Source: Eledone cirrhosa (taxonomy: Eukaryota). Taken from it: a stretch of 64,000 bases of DNA. Position numbers and translations under genes: made by a program. The notes beneath the pieces were generated by a model, which was given only the letters and a program-made list of their open reading frames with translations, was not told where the DNA came from and did not search any database. The DNA lies in contig OZ024764.1 of NCBI GenBank assembly GCA_964016885.1, positions 29,264,001 to 29,328,000 on the forward strand, read 5' to 3'. Positions 53,554 to 64,000 of the stretch are shown here, piece by piece; within the stretch, counting starts at the first letter, position 1, and each line of letters begins with the position of its first letter.

Positions 53554-54401
53554 TTTTGGAACGCGCGCCGCCAACAGACCTAATCGTGGAAAAACTGCAT
53601 GCCTGGACAATATGTAAAGAAAATAAACCGAATACTCTGGTGGCTGGATGATCTTTACGATTTTCCTCGATGAAGCAGGGAAAATGCAGGTTTTCACCTA
53701 ATTTGGGCTCTAGGGGATCAAGAAAATGAATTTTTTTTTATGCGCATAATATGTCTTGAAATTTCGGGAAAATCTGCTAGATGTAATGCCTCAAAAAAGC
53801 CCTAAGAAGCTGAAAAAATGAAGTTTTTCACCTAATGCGGGCTCTAGACCATAAAAAAGTTAGATTTTCTTTGCTCACGGTATGAAAAAGAGACTGACTA
53901 ATATATAGTTAAAATTTTAAGGAAATCGGTCAGACATAACGCCTCAAAAAAACCTGGGAAAAAAAAAAAAAAACCCCCTGAAAAAACGCAGTTTTTCACC
54001 TAATGCGGTCCCTAGGGGATCAAAAAGTTGAATTTTATGTTCATAACACTCCCTGAAACATAAGTAATACACATGTAAAGTTTGAAAAAAATCGGCCCAT
54101 GTTAGCATTAATTGATGATGATGATAATGTTATATATATATATATATAGGAACGAGTAGGACCCCGACGGCTGAGCTCAAGCTGTTTCGACAGCTAATTC
54201 TGGACACAATTCTGTCCAGAATTAGCTGTCGAAATGGCTTGAGCTCAGCCGTCGGGGTCCTACTCGTTCCTATTACCCACTCTACTACCCTAAGTATTGA
54301 GTACTTTGGTGCGTTATGGTCCACCTGGTTCCTTACCACATTTCTTACGTTATATATATAATTGTTTATATATATATATAATACTGAGTCAAAGTCATCA
54401 G

Positions 54402-54703
54402 ATCATCATCATCATCATCATTTCATTTTACGTCCGCTTTTCCCTGCTTGCAAGGGTGGGACGGGAACTGATGCTGGCTTGATCTCTACAGCTGGATGCT
54501 TTTTTGCCGTGGCACCTCCACGACCACTTTGCAGTGGAATGATAGGGACCCCAGTCCCTATAATCTCATTTCCACAGCTGAGTAAACTGGAGCAATGTGA
54601 AATAAAGTGCCTTGCTCAAGGAAACAACACATCACCCGGTCTGGGAATTGAACTCACAACCTTTCGATTGCAAGCCCAATGCTCTAACCACTAAGCCATG
54701 TGC
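54402..54703 (-). mobile_element. SINE family B
   Basis: Reverse copy with an internal deletion. Confidence 0.85.
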
Positions 54704-54884
54704 CCGAATATCTTTGATGGTTTTCTCACTCACTCAATGTTTTAATTAAGCTAGTATCCTTAAGATGCCAACCCCAATGAAAGCACTGCACACTACAGCA
54801 TTGAATTCCCGGACTAATTAATTAGTTTCCACTATTCCATCTGTTGGCGATGTATGTGTAAATATATATATATGTTTGTTAGCA

Positions 54885-55090
54885 TTTGTCTAAGGAAGGC
54901 CTTTGACAGAGTACCTCCTTCTGCCATCTGGTGGTCCTTAAGAAAACTAGGCATAGAAGGATGGGTTGTAAGAGCAGTACAAGCTATGAACAGAGAAGAC
55001 ATTAGGAAATGAGTTCAGTGAGGAAGTCAAGAGTGCAGCTGGGTGTTCATCAAGGCTCAGTTCTCAGTCCACTTCTTTCCTTTCATCACA
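54885..55090 (+). mobile_element. RTE LINE RT fragment
   Basis: KAFDRVP...IWWSLRKLGIEGWVVRAVQAM and GVHQGSVLSPLL motifs. Confidence 0.72.
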
Positions 55091-55631
55091 GTTTGTGGCA
55101 TTATTGATAAATCTTGCTCTCTTTGTCTCTTCTTCTCCACTTACAACATTTTTACTCCATCTACTTTCTGTTGCCTGTCTTCTCTTATAATATATATTTT
55201 TTTTATTTCAGATTATCAGATGACATTGGATTCAAAGAATGTTTTCTTGAGATGTATCATCAATATTTATCATCTTTTAAAGGGTAAAAGAAGTTGATAT
55301 ATCATAGAGATATAATCTTAATTACATATATCTGTCTGTGGTATATTTCTTTTCACCTGAGAGAAATAGCAACATTTCTCTTTTTCACTGTCTGGAATAT
55401 TTACAAGAGGATTTTACATTGAAATTAAACTTGGATAAATTTACTGAGATTGTGACATCTTCAGAGATTGACACAGTTGATGGAAATATTACACTAGAAA
55501 TATTTTACAACATTATAGGAACATTTGAAATTAAAGACAAGAAAAGTATCCATATATTGTTGTGAGAGAGGAAAAATTATAGAAAAACTAATTATCAGAT
55601 AAACTTATGTCATTGATATTTTCTAGAAGAG

Positions 55632-56411
55632 ATGCCAAAAGTGATAAAAAAATTATCTTACTCCTGTGATGTTGGTGGTAAATCATTCTCTGGGGATAAA
55701 CGCTTAGAAAAACACCAACATATTCATACAGAAAACAAGCAGTTTCACTGTGATGTATGTGGTAAATCATTCTCTGTTAGTAATTACTTAACAAAACATA
55801 AACGTATTCATACAGGAGAGAAAGCATACTACTGTGATATCTGTAGTAAAATATTTGTTGATAGTAATGACTTAACTAAACACAAACGCATACACACAGG
55901 AGAGAAACCATACCACTGTGATATTTGCGGAAAATCATTTTCTCGGCATCATCATTTAACTACTCACAAACGTGTTCATACAGGAGAGACACCATATTGT
56001 TGTGATGTCTGTGATAAATCATTCTCTGAAAAAAGTAATTTAACTAAACACATACGTACTCATAGAGGAGAGAAGCCATACCACTGTGATATATGTAGTA
56101 AATCATTTTCTCAAAATCATTCTTTGACTTCTCACAAACATGTTCATACTGGAGAGAAACCATATTGTTGTGATATTTGTGGGAAACCATTCTCTAATAG
56201 TAATGTCTTAACTAAACACATACGTATTCATACAGGAGAGAAGCCATACCACTGTGATATCTGCGGTAAATCATTTTCTCAAAATCATTCTTTAACTACT
56301 CACAAATATGTTCATACAGGCGAGAAGCCATATCATTGTGTAATTTGTGGTAAATCTTTTTCTGCGAAATGCCATTTAATTAGACATGAATGTACTCATA
56401 CAGGAGAATAG
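55632..56411 (+). CDS. Tandem C2H2 zinc-finger protein, 259 aa, 9 fingers (first lacks one Cys)
   Basis: Same [11 protein letters not shown] start as the 50666 gene. Degenerate fingers continue past the stop to about 56615. Confidence 0.9.
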   Translation: MPKVIKKLSYSCDVGGKSFSGDKRLEKHQHIHTENKQFHCDVCGKSFSVSNYLTKHKRIHTGEKAYYCDICSKIFVDSNDLTKHKRIHTGEKPYHCDICGKSFSRHHHLTTHKRVHTGETPYCCDVCDKSFSEKSNLTKHIRTHRGEKPYHCDICSKSFSQNHSLTSHKHVHTGEKPYCCDICGKPFSNSNVLTKHIRIHTGEKPYHCDICGKSFSQNHSLTTHKYVHTGEKPYHCVICGKSFSAKCHLIRHECTHTGE

Positions 56412-56975
56412 CCATATCACTGATATATGTGGTAAATCTTTCTCTCACTATTGTGACTTAACTAAACACAAATGTAGATATACACAAAAGATACCATCTG
56501 CGGTAAATCATTCTCTGCAAGTAATGACTTAAGAAGTCACCAACATATTCACACAAGAGAGACACCATACCACTGTCATGATATTTCTGGTAAATCATTC
56601 TCTCTACATCATTTCACAGTTCACAGATTAAACAGATTTTAACAATAACAACACAAATCAATAACTTTAATCTAGATTATTATCTAAACTACGATGTATT
56701 ATTGTGTTGAAATCTAATGGTCATCATTTGCTGTCCCCATGTACGACAGATTGTACACTAAAAAAACATTAGGTATTTACAAAGTTTCCTATTTTGTGTG
56801 ACTTCTTTTAGTTCCTATATATTTATATTATCTTGGTGGCCTACTCCTATTTCTTTTACACTGAATAACATCCTCCATATATGTTTTTAGAAATACTTTT
56901 TTGGGAGGTTTTAACCTGACCAAAGATCTCCAAGACTTTGTTTTTAATGATGTACATTATAGAAAGTAGTTGAGA

Positions 56976-57516
56976 TGGGTACTTTTTATCATGACACTAA
57001 AACAACCACTTTACATAGTGTACTGGGTGCTTTTTATCATGACACTAAAACAACCACTTTACAGAGTGTACTGGGTGCTTTTTATCATGACACTAAAACA
57101 ACCACTTTACATAGTGTACTGGGTGCTTTTTATCATGACACTAAAACAACCACTTTACAGAGTGTACTGGGTGCTTTTTATCATGGCACTAAAACAACCA
57201 CTTTACAGAGTGTACTGGGTGCTTTTTATCATGACACTAAAACAACCACTTTACATAGTGTACTGGGTGCTTTTTATCATGACACTAAAACAACCACTTT
57301 ACAGAGTGTACTGGGTGCTTTTTATCATGACACTAAAACAACCACTTTACATAGTGTACTGGGTGCTTTTTATCATGACACTAAAACAACCACTTTACAG
57401 AGTGTACTGGGTGCTTTTTATCATGGCACTAAAACAACCACTTTACAGAGTATACTGGGTGCTTTTTATCATGGCACTAAAACAACCCCTTTACAGTGTA
57501 CTGGGTGCTTTTTATC
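56976..57516. repeat. 48-bp minisatellite, about 11 copies, SINE-derived
   Basis: Unit gtactgggtgctttttatcatgacactaaaacaaccactttacagagt. Confidence 0.93.
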
Positions 57517-57875
57517 TTGGGATCAAAACACACCTGCCCATCAAAGGACCATAGATATGAGAAGATTTGATAAAATGTTTATGCAGTTCTCTATCTCTAG
57601 AGCAGTGGTTCCCAAATCGTGTGGGTAGAAAGTTTGAGAAATGCTGCTCAATGTTCTTTGGTTTTTGTTCACCTTTAAATAATCATGTATAAAATATCGG
57701 GTGTGCAAGATTTCATGAAAAGGTATAACATTATTTATGCTGATCTTGCAGGGACTAGCTCCAATTGAGAGTTGTACCAATTCCCACTAAACTCGAAACT
57801 CCTGGACAATATATCTTTATAAGTTCCTGTGTATTGTGTCGCTGTATAATGAAACATAAATATATACCATGCATG

Positions 57876-58123
57876 TCAGTCAGATTTGAACTCACTATAT
57901 TTGGCGTTTTATAGATATAATTTGTTTGTTAAAAGAATTGATTAAATAATAACTAAATAAAATTAATTCTACAATCCTGGATAGGGAATGAACTTATAAC
58001 TTCATAATAGAAACCATCTATTCGAGCAGTATTGCCATCTAAGCCACCAGGTTACTTACAGAGCTTCATTCAAATATAAAGTATAAAATATATGCCAGAC
58101 ATAGTGAGTTCGAATCTGACTGA
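57876..58123. mobile_element. MITE with about 30-bp TIRs
   Basis: tcagtcagatttgaactcactatatttggc pairs with gccagacatagtgagttcgaatctgactga. Confidence 0.65.
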
Positions 58124-59484
58124 TTAGTTGGTCATTGTCCCACCCAACAGTTTAAATCGCCAACCGGTAGGTGATATCGACTAGGTTGGGAAAACTTGGT
58201 TAAGTAGCTCCAGTTATTGCTACGTTAGACATATTCAAGACTTATCGACACCGAATGGAAGAAAGGTAAAGTTGAACTCAGAGTAAAGAACTGGAAAAAT
58301 ACTGCAAAGAATTCTATCGGATGTTCTAACAATTCTACCAAATTACCTTATGTATATATATTTATATCTAGAGATAAGAAGAAAGCTGAAAGAAAGAAAA
58401 AAAAAAATGAAACCTTATATGTAACCCATGACCAGGACCTCCACCATCTCTGGTATCACCCACCAGACCACCATGAAAGCTACAAAAATCTGCTTTTTTA
58501 ATATTTATAAGCCTACTTTCAATATTAAAGTAATTAACATGTGGTGTTGTTCATGCCTTTCTCTATGTTATTGGTAAAAAATAAAGTATTTAAACCTCAA
58601 ATTTTGTTATTCAAATATGCTTGCTTATGTAATTATTAATGTCGCAGAATACACACACATATATAGATGTGAAAATATTCAGGACCCCAACGGCTGTGCT
58701 ACTGCCGTTTCGACATCTATATATATATCTTTTAGTCCTAGGCTCTTTCAGCGCAGAAAGAATTCTCCAATGATCACAACCAGCTAATGGTGCCCAGTGG
58801 AAGCACTTTAGTCTAATTATAACCCCAGCGATCACGACTAGTGGCGGCTTTTTCGAGTCTGAGGTTGACTGCCACATATATATATATATATCTATATATA
58901 TATATATATATATATTGTTATACTTTGTTAGAATCCCGGAGAACAACAGAAAGATGCTGAGTTCAGAGTTTAAAAAACAACAGAAAGAAGGGCATAAATA
59001 AATATATATCAGTGGTTTAAAACCTTCTCTGCACCATGCCCCACCTCGACATTTAAAATATGTTTATGTCCCCGCTTTAATATAAAAACAATCCGAGTCT
59101 TGTAAAAGTGTTATTACTGTAATATAAAGTAGAAACCCTTTATTTAAACAAAGCTGTGATGCAGCGATGATCAAAGCAAACCCCGAAATGTAAACAAACT
59201 TCTCGCTGCCAGATACACGATAACATGTGTATACGAAGTGTAACAGGGAGTTGGGTCGTATTATATCACTTTCAAATTGACCCCTATTCAGGCTGGGCCG
59301 CACTGCGCATGTGCCAAGGTTGGACTGTAGCGCGAATGTTAGATCCCACTGCGCATGCGTGAAGGAAATAGCCGCAAATGATTGGAAATACCCTACTGCG
59401 CATGCGCCAAGTTGGATTAGTGCGCATGCGCGAAGGTTGGACCGCACTGCGCCAAGGCTGGACCGCATTGCGCAAAGTTTGGAC

Positions 59485-61830
59485 ATACACGGAACTACCC
59501 GGAAATATCCGTAAACAGTCGGAAATACCCGGAAAACACCGGAAATACCGGGGAATAGCTGGAAATACCCGATAACACCCGGAAATACGCGTGAATAGCC
59601 GGAAATACACGGAAATAGCCGGAAATGTCCTGGAATAGCCGGAAATACCCGCGAATAGCCGGAAATATTCGGAAATACACGGAAATGACCGGAAAACACC
59701 GGAAATAGCCGAAAAAACCGAAATACCCGGCAATACACAGAAATCACCTGAAATAACCGGATATACCCGGGAATATTCGGAAATAGCCGAAAATACCCGG
59801 AAATAACCGAAATACACCGGAAATACCCGGAAAACACTTAGGTTAGAAGACACTTACGTTAGAAGACACTTAGGTTGGAAAACACTTAGGTTAGAAGACA
59901 CGTAGATTAGAAGACACTTACGTGAGAAGACACTTAGGTTTGAAGACACGACAAAAGTTCGTTGCAATGAGTTGTGAAACACTTGGACCTGAATGAAACC
60001 TGGATGTTGAGCATGGCCACCCAGCTTTATTAATGGTTTCTAATTTAAATACAAGGCCAGAAATTTGCGAGAAAAGACAAATCGATTATATCAACACCAG
60101 TACATCACTGGTATCTATTTTGTGGATACCAGTAGTATGAAATATTAGGTTGACAATGGTCGGGTTTGAGCTCAGAAAAAAAAGGGTTTTAAACAATGCC
60201 ACAATTACTCCCATAAATTAATAAAGTGGATTGGCAGTATCGGTAGAGGGTCTGACGCCATACTTTGCAACAAAGAGTTACGGCCCTTTATGGTCTGAGT
60301 TCAAATCCCGCGGAGGTTAACTTTGCCTTTCATCCTTACGGGGTCGAGAAAACACCGGAAATACGCGAAAATAACCGAAATACCCCGTAATACACAGAAA
60401 TCACCGGAAAACATCGGGAATACTCGGAAATACACGGAAATAACGGGAAAGAGACGGAAATACACTGAAATGACCGGGAATAGCCGGAAATACAAGGAAA
60501 TACCAGAAAATGACCGGGAATAGCCGGGAATAGCTGGAAATACCCGTGAATAGCTGGAAATAGCCGGGAATAGCCTGAAATACCCGGAAATGGCCGGAAA
60601 TACCGGGGAATAGCTGGAAATACCCGATAACACCCGGAAATACGCGTGAATAGCCGGAAATACACGGAAATAGCCGGAAATGTCCTGGAATAGCCGGAAA
60701 TACACGGAAATACCCGCGAATAGCCGGAAATATTCGGAAATACACGGAAATGACCGGAAAACACCGGAAATTCCCGGAAAACACCGAAAATATGCGAAAA
60801 TAGCCGAAAAAACCGAAATACCCGGCAATACACAGAAATCACCGGAAATAACCGGATATACCCGGGAATATTCGGAAATAGCCGAAAATACCCGGAAATA
60901 ACCGAAATACACCGGAAATACCCGGAAAACACTTAGGTTAGAAGACACTTACGTTAGAAGACACTTAGGTTGGAAAACACTTAGGTTAGAAGACACGTAG
61001 GTTAGAAGACACTTAGTTTAGAAGACACTTACGTGAGAAGACACTTAGGTTTGAAGACACTTAGGTTTTAAGACACGACAAAAGTTCGTTGCAATGAGTT
61101 GTGAAACACTTGGACCTGAATGAAACCTGGATGTTGAGCATGGCCACCCAGCTTTATTAATGGTTTCTAATTTAAATACAAGGCCAGAAATTTGGGAGAA
61201 AGACAAGTCGATTTTCTCGAAAAACGACGGAAAATAGACGGGAACTAAACGGATCTAGCCGGAAAATAGACTGAAAATCGACGAAAAATAGACGGAAAAT
61301 CGAAGGAAAATAGACGGAAAATAAACGGAAAATAGACAGGAAATCAACGTGAAATCGACGGAAAATAGACGCAAGTAGTCGGAAATAGCTGGAAATAGCC
61401 GAAGATAGTCGGACATAATCGGTAACAACCGAAAATAGTCGGAGAGCTATTGAGAGTGTGAGAGATAGACGTCTAAATAGACGGAAAACCGACGGAAAAT
61501 CGACAGAAAATCGACGGAAAATAGACGGAAAAATAGACGGAAAAATCTACGTAAAATCGACGGAAATATTGACGGAAAATAGACGGAAAGTAGACGGAAC
61601 TAGCCGGAAAGAGCTGGAAATACGCGGAAATTGCTGGAAATACCCGGAAATAGCCGGAAAATAGACGTCTAAATGGACGGAATTGACGGAAAATAGTCAG
61701 GAAATCGACGGAAACTAGCCGGAACTTGCCGGAAAATCGACGGAAGAATCGACGGAAAACCGACAGAAAATCGAATAAAAATAGACGGAAAATAGACGGA
61801 AATGCCCGGGAATAGCCGGAAATACCCGGG
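59485..61830. repeat. Degenerate about 10-bp CCGGAAATA / GACGGAAAATA repeats and 16-bp gttagaagacacttag repeats, partly as a duplicated block
   Basis: About 59540-60085 recurs at about 60595-61212. Confidence 0.88.
60227..60347 (+). mobile_element. SINE family A, 3'-truncated
   Basis: Head and body present, running directly into the CCGGAAATA repeat. Confidence 0.8.
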
Positions 61831-64000
61831 TATGGGCTCGACCCGGGTATGGGCTCGACCCGGCTGTGGGCTCGACCCGGCTATGGGCTCGACCCGGCTA
61901 GGGGCTCAACCCGGCTATGGGCTCGACCCGGCTATGGGCTCGACCCGGCTATGGGCTCGACCCGGCTATGGGCGCGACCCGGCTAGGGGCTCGCCCCGGC
62001 TATGGGCTCGACACGGATAGGGGCTCGCCCCGGCTATGGGCTCGACCCGGCTATGTTCTCAACCCGGCTATGGGCTCGACCCGGCTAGGTCCAGAGTCCA
62101 GAACGAGGCTGAGTCCAGAACGAGGCTGTGTCCAGAACGAGGCTGTGTCCAGAACGAGGCTGAGTCCAGAACGAGGCTGACCCAGAACGAGGCTGAGTCC
62201 AGAACGAGGCTGAGTCCAGAACGAGGCTGAGTCCAGAACGAGGCTGAGTCCAGAACGAGGCTGACCCAGAACGAGGCTGAGTCCAGAACGAGGCTGTCCC
62301 AAAACGAGGCTGAGTCCAGAACGAGGCTGAGTCCAGAACGAGGCTGACCGAGAACGAGGCTGACCGAGAACGAGGCTGAGTCCAGAACGAGGCTGTCCCA
62401 GAACGAGGCTGAGTCCAGAACGAGGCTGAATCCAGAACGAGGCTTAGTCCAGAACGAGGCTGAGTCTAGAACGAGGGTGAGTCCGTGTCGAGCCCCTAGC
62501 CGGGTCGAGCCCATAGCCGGGTCGAGCCCATAGCCGAGTCGAGCCCCTAGCCAGGTCGAGCCCATAGTAGGGTCGAGCCCATAGCGGGTCGAGCCCCTAG
62601 CCAGGTCGAGCCCATAGCCAGGTCGAGCCCCTAGCAGGGTCGAGCCCCTAGCCGGGGCGAGCCCCAAGCCGGGTCGAGCCCATAGCCGGGTTGAGCCCAT
62701 AGTCGGGTTGAGCCCATAGCCGCTACGAGCCCCTAGCCGGATCGAGCCATATCCGGGTCGAGCCCATAACCGGGTCGAGCCCCTAGCCGGGTCGAGCCCA
62801 TAGCCGGGGCGCGCCCCTATCCGGGTCGAGCCCATAGCCGGTCTAGCCCCGAGCCGGGTCGAGCCCCTAACCGGGTCGAGCCCATAGCCGGGTCGAGCCC
62901 CTAGCCGGGTCGAGCCCATAGCCGGGGCGAGCCCCTAGCCAGGTCGAGCCCATAGCCGGGGCGAGCCCCTAGCCGGATCGAGCCCATACGGGTCGAGCCC
63001 CTAGCCGGGTCGAGCCCCTAGCCGATATGGGCTCGACCCGGCTATGGGCTCGACCCTAACTCAGCCTCGTTCTGGACTCAGCCTCGTTCTGGCTAGGGGC
63101 TCGCCCGTGCTATGGGCTCGCCCCGGCTATGGGCTCGTTTCGGCTATGGGCTCGACCCGGCCATGGGCTCGACCCGGCTATGGGCTCGACCCGGCTATGG
63201 GCTCGACCCGGTTATGGGCTCGACCTGACTATGGGATCGACACGGCTATGGGCTCGCCCCGGCTATGGGCTCGACCCGGCTATGGGCTCGACCCGGCTAG
63301 GTGCTTGACCTGGCTATGGGCTCGACCCAGAACGAGGCTGATCCAGAACGAGGCTGAGTCCAGAACGAGGCTGAGTCCAGAACGAGGCTGTTTCCAGAAC
63401 GAGGCTGTGTTCAGAACGAAGCTGAGTGTAGAACGAGGCTGAGTCCAGAACGAGGCTGAGTCCAGAACGAGGCTGAGTCTAGAACGAGGCTGTGTCCAGA
63501 ACGAGGCTGTTTCCAGAACGAGGCTGAGTCCAGAACGAGGCTGTGTCCAGAACGAGGCTGTGTCCAGAACGAGGCTGAGTCCAGAACAAGGCTGACCCAG
63601 AACGAGGCTGAGTCCAGAACGAGGCTGAGTCCAGAACGAGGCTGATCCAGAACGAGGCTGACCCAGAACGAGGCTGAGTCCAGAACGAGGCTGTCCCAGA
63701 ACGAGGCTGAGTCCAGAACGAGGCTGAGTCCAGAACGAGGCTGTGTCCAGAACGAGGCTGAGTCCAGAACGAGGCTGAGTCCAGAACGAGGCTGAGTCCA
63801 GAACGAGGCTGTGTCCAGAACGAGGCTGTGGGCTCGACCCGGCTATGGGCTCGACCCGGCTAGGGGCTCGACCCGGCTAGGGGCTCGCCCCGGCTATGGG
63901 CTCGACACGGCTATGTGCTCGACCTGGCTATGGGCTTGACCCGACTATGGGCTCGACCCGGCTATGGGCTCGCCCCAGCTATGGGCTCGACCCGGCTATG
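61828..64000. repeat. Two interleaved GC-rich 17-bp satellites
   Basis: Units cgacccggctatgggct and ccagaacgaggctgagt in alternating, partly inverted blocks. Runs off the window end. Confidence 0.95.

Noticed and set aside
53554-54110. Unique segment interrupting the SINE B tail, with repeated tttttcacctaat motifs
   Set aside because: Probably a DNA-transposon fragment, but I could not define termini or a target duplication, so it was not called.
59064-63442. ORFs in the GC-rich terminal region (ISGYFR, GSTRLWARPG repeats)
   Set aside because: Short-period satellite translations with no domain or splice support.

Overview
This is eukaryotic, AT-rich, intron- and repeat-dense DNA. The SINE families, (CA)/(TA) microsatellites and intronless MPKV-type C2H2 genes point to a cephalopod, most likely Octopus (inference). 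Two conserved multi-exon genes were reconstructed by hand with consistent GT-AG phases. One is the 3' part of a C5orf22/UPF0489 homologue (+ strand, 6 exons, 129-12675). The other is a complete NOP9 homologue (- strand, 10 coding exons, ATG 38805 to stop 19451, 665 aa). They converge tail-to-tail with poly(A) signals 30 bp apart. Next comes a C2H2 zinc-finger cluster at 44.6-56.6 kb (two intact ORFs, two disrupted copies), then a GC-rich satellite domain at 59.3-64 kb. Almost all long ORFs in the track are translations of tandem repeats. The most notable non-genic structure is that the large intronic minisatellites grow out of transposons. A TTAA-bounded piggyBac-like MITE carries either 1 or about 21-46 copies of a 72-bp unit, one SINE segment seeds at least six arrays with different periods, and a Helitron/Helentron-like element appears to carry a 57-bp array. 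No database searches were run, so family names rest on recognised motifs.
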